Source of the DNA: Solirubrobacterales bacterium
Lineage (GTDB): Bacteria; Actinomycetota; Thermoleophilia; Solirubrobacterales; 70-9
Length of the DNA stretch: 64,000 bases
Direction of reading: 5' to 3'
NCBI GenBank assembly: GCA_047601885.1
Contig: JASGIK010000003.1
Location: 1,326,062 to 1,390,061, forward strand
The position numbers and the translations under genes were made by a program. Position 1 is the stretch's first letter; every line of letters starts with the position of its first letter. The notes beneath the pieces were generated by a model that was given only the letters and a program-made list of their open reading frames with translations, did no database searches and was not told the DNA's origin. Positions 16,618 through 24,697 of the stretch are shown here, in pieces.

Positions 16618-17249
16618 GCGAGCGGCGCTGGCCGTTGGGAGTGTGCGAGCTGGCGTGGAAGGGGCTCTCGGTCGAGGGGTGCGCGGAGCGGGCCGCGGCG
16701 GCGGGCTTCGACCACATCGACGTGACGCGCGGCGGTTTCGACGAGGCCACGATGGCGCTCCCGATCGGCGCCGTCCTGACCCCGAAGCCGGGCAGCGGCT
16801 GGGCCTGGCCCGCGCCGCTCCCGACCGCCGACCCGGGCCGCGAGATCGACCGCCTCAAGGCCGTCGACGTTCCCCGGATCGAGCCCTGGGCAGGGTGCCT
16901 GTGGAGCAGCGACGAGGCGATCGAAGACCTCCGCGAGCAGGTCCCCGACCTCCGTCTGGTGGTCGACACCGGCCATGTCGCCCAGTGGGGCGGCGACCCC
17001 CTCCGCTTCCTCGACATCGCCGACAACGTCCAGCTCCGCCAGGCCCGGAAGGGCGTCGGCCAGCTCCCCCCGGAAGACGGCGAAGTCGACTTCGAAGCCC
17101 TCCTCGCCCGCCTCGACGAGCTCGACTACCAGGGCAACCTCACGATCGAGTACTTCGACCTCCCCCAGTTCGGCTGGCCCCATCCCGATCCGGTCGCCGC
17201 CTGCATCGACCTGGCTGCCTTCGTCGACCCACTCCTGACGCGCCGCTAA
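16614..17249 (+). CDS. sugar-phosphate isomerase/epimerase-like TIM-barrel protein
   Basis: ATG at 16614 overlaps the upstream stop (ATGA). GFDHIDV, VVDTGH and LTIEYF are typical of the xylose-isomerase-like TIM-barrel family. Confidence 0.65.
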   Translation: MSERRWPLGVCELAWKGLSVEGCAERAAAAGFDHIDVTRGGFDEATMALPIGAVLTPKPGSGWAWPAPLPTADPGREIDRLKAVDVPRIEPWAGCLWSSDEAIEDLREQVPDLRLVVDTGHVAQWGGDPLRFLDIADNVQLRQARKGVGQLPPEDGEVDFEALLARLDELDYQGNLTIEYFDLPQFGWPHPDPVAACIDLAAFVDPLLTRR

Positions 17250-17402
17250 AGGCACCTGCGACAGTGCGCTCAGCGGGCGTCGCACCGAAGAGCAGGCTCG
17301 TCGGGGCGACGGCCGAGAGGAAACCCTGCCCGAGCCAGCATCGCGCCGACCGCGGCGAAGTGCTGGTCGATCAGCCAGGCCCAGCCTGATAAGCCGCGTA
17401 GC

Positions 17403-17509
17403 GAGGAATGCGCCCGACCAGATTCGAACTGGCGACCTTCGGCTGAAAGAACGAAGGGCGTTGGCTTGGGAGGCCGAGATCCGGACGTGATGTGACCTAG
17501 ATGAGACAC
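17403..17509. repeat. att-like junction copy 1: displaced 3' half of the tRNA-like gene plus arm sequence
   Basis: Identical to the tRNA 3' half over 42 nt, then degenerate. The arm ...agggcgttggc...gatgtgac..gatgagacac recurs at 22070-22171. Confidence 0.75.
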
Positions 17510-17709
17510 AAGCTGATCATGCTCGGGGGCGACAGCACCCTCGGTCGCATCATCGACGCCCAAACTCGGAGCGACGGGTCGTCGCCCTCGATCAGTGGTT
17601 TCGGCGGAACCGACAGCTGAGCCCCGATCCCACTCAGCTTGACCTAACGACGCGACTCGGACAGCATGCCTGACCGGTTCATGCAATCGTGCCGTTTCAG
17701 GGGGAATTA

Positions 17710-20493
17710 GTGGCTCTACTTGACCTGAGTGATCGCAATGCAGTTCTGGAAGCGATCGCGGAGTACGACCAACTGGGTGCGGAAGTGTTCCTAGCCAAAT
17801 ACGGCTTCGGGTCTTCGCGGACCTACTTCCTGATCCACAACGGTCGCTCCTACGACATCAAGGGCCTGCTGGCCGCAGCCCACGGCTACCAGTTTCCCGA
17901 GCTAGGGCCGCTTGTCGCCGACAAGAATTTCACCAGTGGACTCGACACGACGGTCTCGAAGGCCAAGGAACTGGGTTTCGAAGTCGAGGGCGACCGATCC
18001 AAGGACGAAGGTCCCACGTGGCTCTTTCAAGCCAATCCCAGGTACTACGACATCACCGACGCGGTCCACTCCCTCCGCGAGATGAACTGGACCGTTGCCC
18101 AGGGAAAGAACCAGATCTCAGCCGGGAACCGGCTCTATATCTGGCGATCAGGCCCGGACGGCGGGGTGATCGCCGAGGGCCACATCCTCACCGACCCCGA
18201 AATGCTCCCCGACCAGGAGGGCGCCGAGTTCATTCGCGATACGACCAAGTTCGGTGGCGAGGCACTCCGGGTCCGGTTGAGCATCGACCACGTCCTCGAT
18301 CCGCCGATCCTCAGAACGGATCTTCTTGAGCACCCCCGGCTGAAAGATCTCGGCGTCATCCGATTTGCCAACGCCACGAATTACAAGTTGAAGCCAGACG
18401 AGGACGCGGCTCTACAGGAGCTGATCGAAGTCTCCGAGATGCCGCTCCTGCAACGAAGGGTCACGGAATGGCTGTCCGAGTCCGGATACCCGGACGAGCG
18501 AGACGAGGACTCCGAGAGCGCCGCTCGGCGGGAGTTCCTTGCCGCGGCGATGTCGCAGGAGAATCTCGATGCAGTAATCGAAGATCCCTCGGAGTTCGAG
18601 AAGATCGCGTTCTCCCAGTTTGCTCACAAGTTCTACGGTGACGCTGGCAATCAAAGCACGGTCAACGCCTACCTCAGGGATGGCGGATTGGAGGCGCGGG
18701 TACGCCTTGCCCGGGCCATGCGGCATCTCCTCTACGGGGAAGGAAGCGAGGTCGAACGTCTTAACGACGTCCTCGAGGATCCCGCCTGGAAGGTTCCTGG
18801 ATTCAGTGAGGTGCTCGCCACGAAAGCTCTGTCGGTGATGTCTCCCGAATTCTGGATCCCGATGTTCCGGATGGACGGCGAAATGGGAAAGCTCCGCGTC
18901 GCAGGTTCTCGCGAGCTCGACATCACCATCCCCCAAGATTTCATGCAGAAGTCCTATGGAGAGCGGATTCGATGGACCAACGATGTCCTCCGCGACAAGG
19001 TCGAGCCTCTGCTGCCGAACGACTCCTGGGGCCAGATGATCTTCCTGTACTGGCTGCGAGAACGGAATGATGTCCTGTCCACCCAGCGGACGGTCTGGTG
19101 GGTGAACCAGAGGGCCCACTACCGCGAGGAAAGAGACGGCGGTTATCTCTGGGCCCCACTTGCAGATCGGAACGGCCGACCGATGCGACATTGGGACAGT
19201 CTGCGACAGGCGAACCCGGGGGAGCTGGTGCTGAACTACGCCAACGGTCGGATCCGTGGCGTGGCAACGGTAGAAGAGACGGCAATCGAGGAGGGCCGCC
19301 CGAAAGAGCTCGCGGACGTATGGGAAGACGACGGCCTCATGGTCAGAGTCAGCTACACCGAGCTATCGGAGTCGATCTCGCTCGACGATATCCCGGTCGA
19401 CTGGCGGCTTGAGCAAGGGCCCCCTTTCGACCGCAAAGGTGCTGTGCAGCAAAAGGGATACTTCTTCGAGCTAACGCCGACTTTCGTCGACCGCCTAGCC
19501 GAACGATTCCCGCAGTTGGGACTTAAAGAAGTGCCTGAACCTTCCGCGAAAGGCGAAAGCTACATCGAGCCACCGCTCGACGAAATCGCGGCATCAGTCC
19601 GATCCGCCGGTATGGAGATCGCCGACGACACCGTCAGGCGTTACCACCTCGGGCTTAAGACGAGAGGCTTCGTGATCCTCTCAGGGGTCAGCGGCACCGG
19701 CAAGACCTGGCTTTCCCGCCTCTACGCCCAGGCCGTCAGGGCAACCGCCCTTGTGGTCCCCGTAGCCCCGAATTGGACGACGAACGAGGATCTGCTCGGC
19801 TTCCAGAACCCGCTCACCAACACCTTCCAGTCAACCGAGTTCACTCGCTTTTTGAAACGGGCCGCGGCGGAGTGGGAGGAATCGACCAAAGAGAAACGTC
19901 AAGCCCAGCCTTACCACCTCATCCTCGACGAGATGAACCTGGCTCACGTCGAGTACTACTTCGCCAAGTTTCTCTCAGCGATGGAGATTCGCGCGACTGA
20001 CGGAGTCGGTGAAATCGAGCTGGCCCCCGGCACCGAGGTGCTGCTGCCACCGAACCTCTCCTTCATCGGGACTGTCAATGTCGACGAGACGACGAGAGGC
20101 TTCGCGGACAAGGTCTACGATCGGGCACAGCTGCTCGAGCTCGAGGTTACCCGGGAGGCGCTGGAGGCACACCTTGGGAAGAAGGTCTTCGCCGAAGTCC
20201 TCCTGACCGTCTGGGAGGCGGTGCGCGAAGTCGCACCGTTCGCGTTCCGGGTCGCCGACGAGATCAGCGTTTACATTGATGAGGCGGCAAAACTCGAGGT
20301 GAGTTGGGAGACGGCCTTCGACGAGCAGCTGCTCCAGAAGGTCTTGCCAAAGGTCAAGGGCGCTGATATGCGAATCGGACCGGCACTCCAGCTATTACTG
20401 GAGATCGCCGACGACAGATTCCCGATGACGGCGCGCAAGGCTGGAGCGATGCGCGCTGACTTCATCCAGCATGGATTCACCTCCTATTTCTAG
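17710..20493 (+). CDS. McrB-like AAA+ GTPase with multiple N-terminal reader domains (ScoMcrA-head-like, EVE, second PUA-like barrel)
   Basis: Head-like segment: AIAEYDQLGAEVFLAKYGFGSSRTYFLIHNGRSYDIKG. EVE-like: WLFQANPRYYDI...NRLYIWRSGPDGGVIAEG. Second barrel: WWVNQRAHYREERDGGYLWAP. McrB motifs: GVSGTGKTW, LILDEMNLA, GTVNVDETT. GTG at 17710 follows GGGGA; an alternative GTG is at 17689. Confidence 0.8.
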   Translation: MALLDLSDRNAVLEAIAEYDQLGAEVFLAKYGFGSSRTYFLIHNGRSYDIKGLLAAAHGYQFPELGPLVADKNFTSGLDTTVSKAKELGFEVEGDRSKDEGPTWLFQANPRYYDITDAVHSLREMNWTVAQGKNQISAGNRLYIWRSGPDGGVIAEGHILTDPEMLPDQEGAEFIRDTTKFGGEALRVRLSIDHVLDPPILRTDLLEHPRLKDLGVIRFANATNYKLKPDEDAALQELIEVSEMPLLQRRVTEWLSESGYPDERDEDSESAARREFLAAAMSQENLDAVIEDPSEFEKIAFSQFAHKFYGDAGNQSTVNAYLRDGGLEARVRLARAMRHLLYGEGSEVERLNDVLEDPAWKVPGFSEVLATKALSVMSPEFWIPMFRMDGEMGKLRVAGSRELDITIPQDFMQKSYGERIRWTNDVLRDKVEPLLPNDSWGQMIFLYWLRERNDVLSTQRTVWWVNQRAHYREERDGGYLWAPLADRNGRPMRHWDSLRQANPGELVLNYANGRIRGVATVEETAIEEGRPKELADVWEDDGLMVRVSYTELSESISLDDIPVDWRLEQGPPFDRKGAVQQKGYFFELTPTFVDRLAERFPQLGLKEVPEPSAKGESYIEPPLDEIAASVRSAGMEIADDTVRRYHLGLKTRGFVILSGVSGTGKTWLSRLYAQAVRATALVVPVAPNWTTNEDLLGFQNPLTNTFQSTEFTRFLKRAAAEWEESTKEKRQAQPYHLILDEMNLAHVEYYFAKFLSAMEIRATDGVGEIELAPGTEVLLPPNLSFIGTVNVDETTRGFADKVYDRAQLLELEVTREALEAHLGKKVFAEVLLTVWEAVREVAPFAFRVADEISVYIDEAAKLEVSWETAFDEQLLQKVLPKVKGADMRIGPALQLLLEIADDRFPMTARKAGAMRADFIQHGFTSYF

Positions 20494-22057
20494 ACTCGGG
20501 TTCCGGTCCGAGTCGGGAGCCGCCGACCCTGGTCCGAGCGAGTGGCGCGGAGGTCGGATCGTCATCGACGCCGTCAACGGTTCGCTGCCTCGAGCCAGGC
20601 TGACGCGCAACGGTAACGACCTCGACCTCGCCGAGCGCGTCACCGACGGTTCGGTCCGGCTTGTCGCCGACTGGCCCCTCTCCGGACCAGGGCGGTATCA
20701 CCTTCGCTTCGAAGTCGACAATGTCCTGGTCGAGGAGACGACCTGGACGGTAAGCTCGGCGAAGCTTTCCCGGGACGCCTTCCGGCACCTGATGGACGAC
20801 CTGGAGAACCAGCTGCCGGTGACCATCGCCCTCGCGCTAAAGAAGCTTGGCGCTGCCGTGGGAATCGAGCTGACGCCACCAAGCGGAGTCAACTCAGTCG
20901 CCGAAGAGTTGGCCAGATTGCGTCGTACGATCGCGAAAACGGAGTATGGCCCAGGCTTGGCAGCCATCCTCAGGGAGATTGCCAATGACCCCCATGAAGT
21001 CTTGATGGACCGAGAGATGTGGGTCCCGGCGACTCAGGCCAGAAGGGTGACGCCGGCCGGTCTCGCCCGTGCGGCCCAGGACGAATCCAATCAGAGCGCA
21101 GACGGCATCCCGAAGCGGCTTCCCGATGCGCGCGTCCAAGCGTCGGTCGATGTCTACGAGAACCGTCTTCTGAAGTCCTTTGCCGACGAGGTCCATCAGC
21201 GCCTGCACCGTCTGAGGTCATTTCTGGAGACGCGCAACGAGCCCGAGCTCAAGTCCGAGGTGGAGCGACTCGGGAAAGACATTCGCTCGGCGCGCAGACA
21301 GGCCGCCTTCCTCGATTCGGTGGGAACCCTCGACCAGGTTCCCACCAGAGTGACGATGGTGTTGATAAAGAAACCTCCCTACCGCAATCTTCTCGAGTCG
21401 GTGCTCGAGTTTCGCCGTCGCAACACGGTCAGGCTGGACGATTCCGCCCTCGAGACGCCATTGGAGCAGCTGCCAGACCTCTACGAGAAGTGGGCCACGC
21501 TGGTTGCCATCAGCGCCGTCCTGGAGCTAAGCGAGGAGCTCGGCTATGAGGTCACTCGTCACCGGCTGTTCCGGCAACGCGCAATGGGTCCGTGGATCGA
21601 GGTCTTGCCGGATGGAGACACCGCTGTCGAGTTGCGCAACCTCGACCTCGACCGGACCGTATCGGTGATCCCTCAAAGGTCCTACTCGCGCGTGGGGTCT
21701 CCATTGCGCACCATCAGCTTCAGGCAGATCCCAGACCTGGCAATCGAGGTAAGGAAACCGAAAGGCAAGTGCGAGGTGTACCTGCTCGACGCAAAGTACA
21801 AGCTCGACGGCGAGGCGGCGGAGTCCGGCGTTCCGGACGGGAAACCGTTAAAGGCAGACATCGACAAGATGCACGCCTACCGAGACGCAATCCGCGACGT
21901 CGACGGCGAGAGAGTCGTCCACCTGGCAGCAATTCTCTATCCGGGTGAGTCGCGGTTCTTCGACAGCGGACTCGCCGCCCTTTCCGCCCTGCCCGGCGCC
22001 GACCAGATCTTGTGCACCCAGATCAAGGACCTACTAAGGCCCGCGCTTGCGGACTGA
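20471..22057 (+). CDS. McrC-like partner: DUF2357-type region + PD-(D/E)XK nuclease
   Basis: Overlaps the mcrB-like gene by 23 nt. SVDVYENRLLK; nuclease core IPDLAIEV...VYLLDAKYK...DIDKMHAYRDAI. Confidence 0.75.
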   Translation: MDSPPISRLGFRSESGAADPGPSEWRGGRIVIDAVNGSLPRARLTRNGNDLDLAERVTDGSVRLVADWPLSGPGRYHLRFEVDNVLVEETTWTVSSAKLSRDAFRHLMDDLENQLPVTIALALKKLGAAVGIELTPPSGVNSVAEELARLRRTIAKTEYGPGLAAILREIANDPHEVLMDREMWVPATQARRVTPAGLARAAQDESNQSADGIPKRLPDARVQASVDVYENRLLKSFADEVHQRLHRLRSFLETRNEPELKSEVERLGKDIRSARRQAAFLDSVGTLDQVPTRVTMVLIKKPPYRNLLESVLEFRRRNTVRLDDSALETPLEQLPDLYEKWATLVAISAVLELSEELGYEVTRHRLFRQRAMGPWIEVLPDGDTAVELRNLDLDRTVSVIPQRSYSRVGSPLRTISFRQIPDLAIEVRKPKGKCEVYLLDAKYKLDGEAAESGVPDGKPLKADIDKMHAYRDAIRDVDGERVVHLAAILYPGESRFFDSGLAALSALPGADQILCTQIKDLLRPALAD

Positions 22058-22069
22058 GCGGAGCTTGCA

Positions 22070-22171
22070 GGTGCACCGAGCCGGATTCGGGCGTCACCCG
22101 CGGCTTGAAAGGACGGAGGGCGTTGGCCCTGGAAGCGGATTTTCGGAGGAGATGTGACTGGGATGAGACAC
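22070..22171. repeat. att-like junction copy 2 (degenerate), separating island modules A and B
   Basis: ggcttgaaaggacggagggcgttggccctggaagcggattttcggaggagatgtgactgggatgagacac aligns with 17441-17509. The preceding 30 nt are a degenerate tRNA T-arm/acceptor copy. Confidence 0.55.
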
Positions 22172-22181
22172 GCAGTGCGCC

Positions 22182-22961
22182 TTAGGCGGCTGCGCTGGCG
22201 GTCGCGCCAGTGATTGCCCGAGCGTGGACCAACGCTTTTCGCAGATCATCGAGAGAGGGTCGCTCCCGAATCGAGCAGTGAAGGTCGGCTCCGAGCTGCA
22301 CCTTGCCCAACTGCTCCAGCTGTCCCGCCAACTCGTCGCGCGCCAGGGGGAAAACGTCGCTCGACAAGAGCACCCATCGGGCGACGAGAGAAAGTGCTCC
22401 CCTCGTCTGCTCGAGGGCCGCGCCGTAATCGCCGCTCGCGGCGATCTGCTCCGCGAAGCCCAATGCGTTACGGGCCTGCCGGAGCTTCCGGTCGGGATCG
22501 GGCCAAAGGTCCTGCTCGGCGATATACATCGCGGCCTCGCGGAGGACGCCGGAGTCGAACAGCACGCAGCCGTACCAGACCGACCAGTGGGCGAAGTCGT
22601 CCCCCTTCCGCAGCTTCGCCCAGAAACGATCGACGTCGTCGGCGTATAGGTCGATGTCCGCGGGCAGGTCCGTCACGCGCAACGAGGTCGCACCGATCAC
22701 GTGATAGTCGACATCGCTCACCCTGGTTCGCCGCCCACGCGCGGTCGAGCCGGAGAGGACCATGGCCGCGGCGCCAGCGTCCCGTGCTCGCACCATCGCC
22801 GCCTCGGTGATCGCCGCGAGTTCCGCCGACTGGTTGGAGGCGGCGCGCTGTCGGTCGAACCGCAGCCTCTCCGCCCAGGCGTCAGGGTCCGCGGGCGCAA
22901 GCCGCGCGAGCGCCCCTCTCTGGGGAGTCAGTTGCTGCCAGGTCCTCGTCATCGTCGTCAT
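22182..22961 (-). CDS. nucleotidyltransferase (MNT-type) with C-terminal helical HEPN-like region
   Basis: LSGSTARGRRTRVSDVDYHV matches the GSxxxG...DxD nucleotidyltransferase motif. ATGA overlap with the upstream HEPN-like gene. Confidence 0.7.
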   Translation of the reverse strand: MTTMTRTWQQLTPQRGALARLAPADPDAWAERLRFDRQRAASNQSAELAAITEAAMVRARDAGAAAMVLSGSTARGRRTRVSDVDYHVIGATSLRVTDLPADIDLYADDVDRFWAKLRKGDDFAHWSVWYGCVLFDSGVLREAAMYIAEQDLWPDPDRKLRQARNALGFAEQIAASGDYGAALEQTRGALSLVARWVLLSSDVFPLARDELAGQLEQLGKVQLGADLHCSIRERPSLDDLRKALVHARAITGATASAAA

Positions 22962-23329
22962 TCGGATTCAGCCTCGGCCATTCGGACCGCAGTTTCAACC
23001 TCTCTGATCACATCATCGATGGAGAGCTCGCCAAGGTCGGGATCCTCACCCTCGTAGAACATCGCCTTGCGCTCCTCATTGAGGAGCTGATGCAGCTCGG
23101 AGAGGTCTTTCGGCAGCACTCCCTTGCCGAGTAGCTCCGTCGCCGCATCCCGCCGCCGCCAATGCTTTTCGCCGATGGTGATCCCGTGCTTCTCCGCCAG
23201 CGCGTCGATCGCGGCCTCAAGACTCGCGAAACTCCACTGCACCGCGTCCCGCAAATCGCCTGCAGCGGCCTCTTCCTGAGCCTTGCTCAGATGCTCCCGC
23301 GCTACCTCCACCTTGGGTTTGGAGGTCAT
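22958..23329 (-). CDS. small HEPN-like four-helix protein
   Basis: 123 aa. Helical pattern AREHLSKAQEEAAAGDLRDAVQWSFASLEAAIDALAEKHG...LNEERKAMFYEG resembles the HEPN (kanamycin-nucleotidyltransferase C-terminal type) family. No clear Rx4-6H RNase motif. Confidence 0.5.
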   Translation of the reverse strand: MTSKPKVEVAREHLSKAQEEAAAGDLRDAVQWSFASLEAAIDALAEKHGITIGEKHWRRRDAATELLGKGVLPKDLSELHQLLNEERKAMFYEGEDPDLGELSIDDVIREVETAVRMAEAESE

Positions 23330-23492
23330 GCGGTCATGCTACGTCGCGCAGCGGATCCGCCTCCGAATCCAACGATGAAGCATGCCTGGGCCCTCATGTC
23401 GTGGTCCTCCGCGGGGAGCACGACTTCGAACTAACCCCGAGCGTCTTCAGAAGTTTTCCAACCGCCGGATTGGCTGCGATCCTGACGGGGAA

Positions 23493-24650
23493 ATGGTGAG
23501 CGGCGTGATCGAAAGCAGCGAGGGCCCCGCAGTCTTCGACCAAACGCGGGACCGGTTGGATGCCGACTTCTTACGCGCCACCGAAGCACCCACCCCAGCG
23601 GTCGGCGCCGACTTCGAGATCGTCGATCTCTTCTCCGGCTGCGGCGGGTTGACGATCGGCGCGATCGAGGGGGCTTCGCGAGCCGGGAGGAAGGCGGGCC
23701 TCGCCGTTGCGATCGACAGTGATGAGGTCCCGCTGTCCGTACTAAGGGCCTCTCTTGGGGTTCCCGAGCGCTCCGTAGTAGCCGCCGACCTCTCCGACGC
23801 ATTGGGGTCAGTAGGGGCGGCATCCACCTCCGGCGAGCAGGAGCTCTTCGCCGGGATCGCCTGCAACTCGCTGTTACTGGCCGGCCCGCCGTGCCAGGGT
23901 CACTCTGCGCTAAACAATCACACCCGCCACGACGATCCGCGAAACGATCTCTATCTCGCAGTCGGACGTGCGGCCCGGATCCTGAAGCCACGCGTCGCGA
24001 TCGTTGAGAACGTGCAGGGGGTCGGCGCCGACCGGCGCTCCTCGGTTGCCCGCTGCACCTCGGTGCTTGAGGAGCTCGGCTATAAGGTCACCCAACGGAA
24101 GATCGACCTCTCGACCATCGGCGTCCCGCAGCGACGGATCAGGCACGTGCTGGTCGCAACCCGCGAATCCGCCCTCCAGTGGGCCCTTCCCTCGACTGCG
24201 GTCCGCGATGTGCGCTGGGCGATCGAGGACCTGGCCGCGATCTCGGGCCAGTCATCGTTTGACACACCCTCCACTCCCTCGCCAGTCAATCGTGAACGAA
24301 TGAAATGGCTGCTCAAAAACGACGCCTACGACCTCCCTAATGAACGGCGACCCGTCTGCCACCGCTCTGACCACTCGTACCGCTCAATGTACGGGCGGCT
24401 GCGCTGGGATAGACCCGCGCAGACGATCACCAGCGGCTTCGGATCGATGGGCCAAGGTCGCTATGTTCATCCGTCGCGGGCCCGAACCCTAACCCCCCAT
24501 GAGGCCGCGAGACTCCAATTCCTCCCGGACTTCATGGACTTCTCCGGGGTCGAGCGACGCGGTGCGCTTGCCCAGATGATCGGCAATGCCGCGCCGCCGC
24601 TGCTAACGGCCGTGCTGGTTGAGATGCTGATCGACCAGCACCTTCTGTAA
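23493..24650 (+). CDS. DNA (cytosine-5)-methyltransferase
   Basis: Motif I DLFSGCGGLT, motif IV GPPCQGHS, motif VI ENVQG, motif VIII QRRIRHVLV, motif X IGNAAPPLL. ATG at 23493 follows GGGGAA. Confidence 0.9.
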   Translation: MVSGVIESSEGPAVFDQTRDRLDADFLRATEAPTPAVGADFEIVDLFSGCGGLTIGAIEGASRAGRKAGLAVAIDSDEVPLSVLRASLGVPERSVVAADLSDALGSVGAASTSGEQELFAGIACNSLLLAGPPCQGHSALNNHTRHDDPRNDLYLAVGRAARILKPRVAIVENVQGVGADRRSSVARCTSVLEELGYKVTQRKIDLSTIGVPQRRIRHVLVATRESALQWALPSTAVRDVRWAIEDLAAISGQSSFDTPSTPSPVNRERMKWLLKNDAYDLPNERRPVCHRSDHSYRSMYGRLRWDRPAQTITSGFGSMGQGRYVHPSRARTLTPHEAARLQFLPDFMDFSGVERRGALAQMIGNAAPPLLTAVLVEMLIDQHLL

Positions 24651-24697
24651 TCGGCGACCTGGCTGACGACGAAGTCCGCGTTCCCAGGCCAAAAAGC

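Noticed and set aside
17270-17686. 138-aa minus-strand ORF at the left island boundary.
   Set aside because: It runs straight through the displaced tRNA 3' half and the att arm repeat, and has no motif or ribosome-binding site.
24651-24697. Bidirectional terminator between the convergent methyltransferase and GHKL genes.
   Set aside because: Only a weak 5-bp CCTGG/CCAGG pairing is visible, which is not enough to call.
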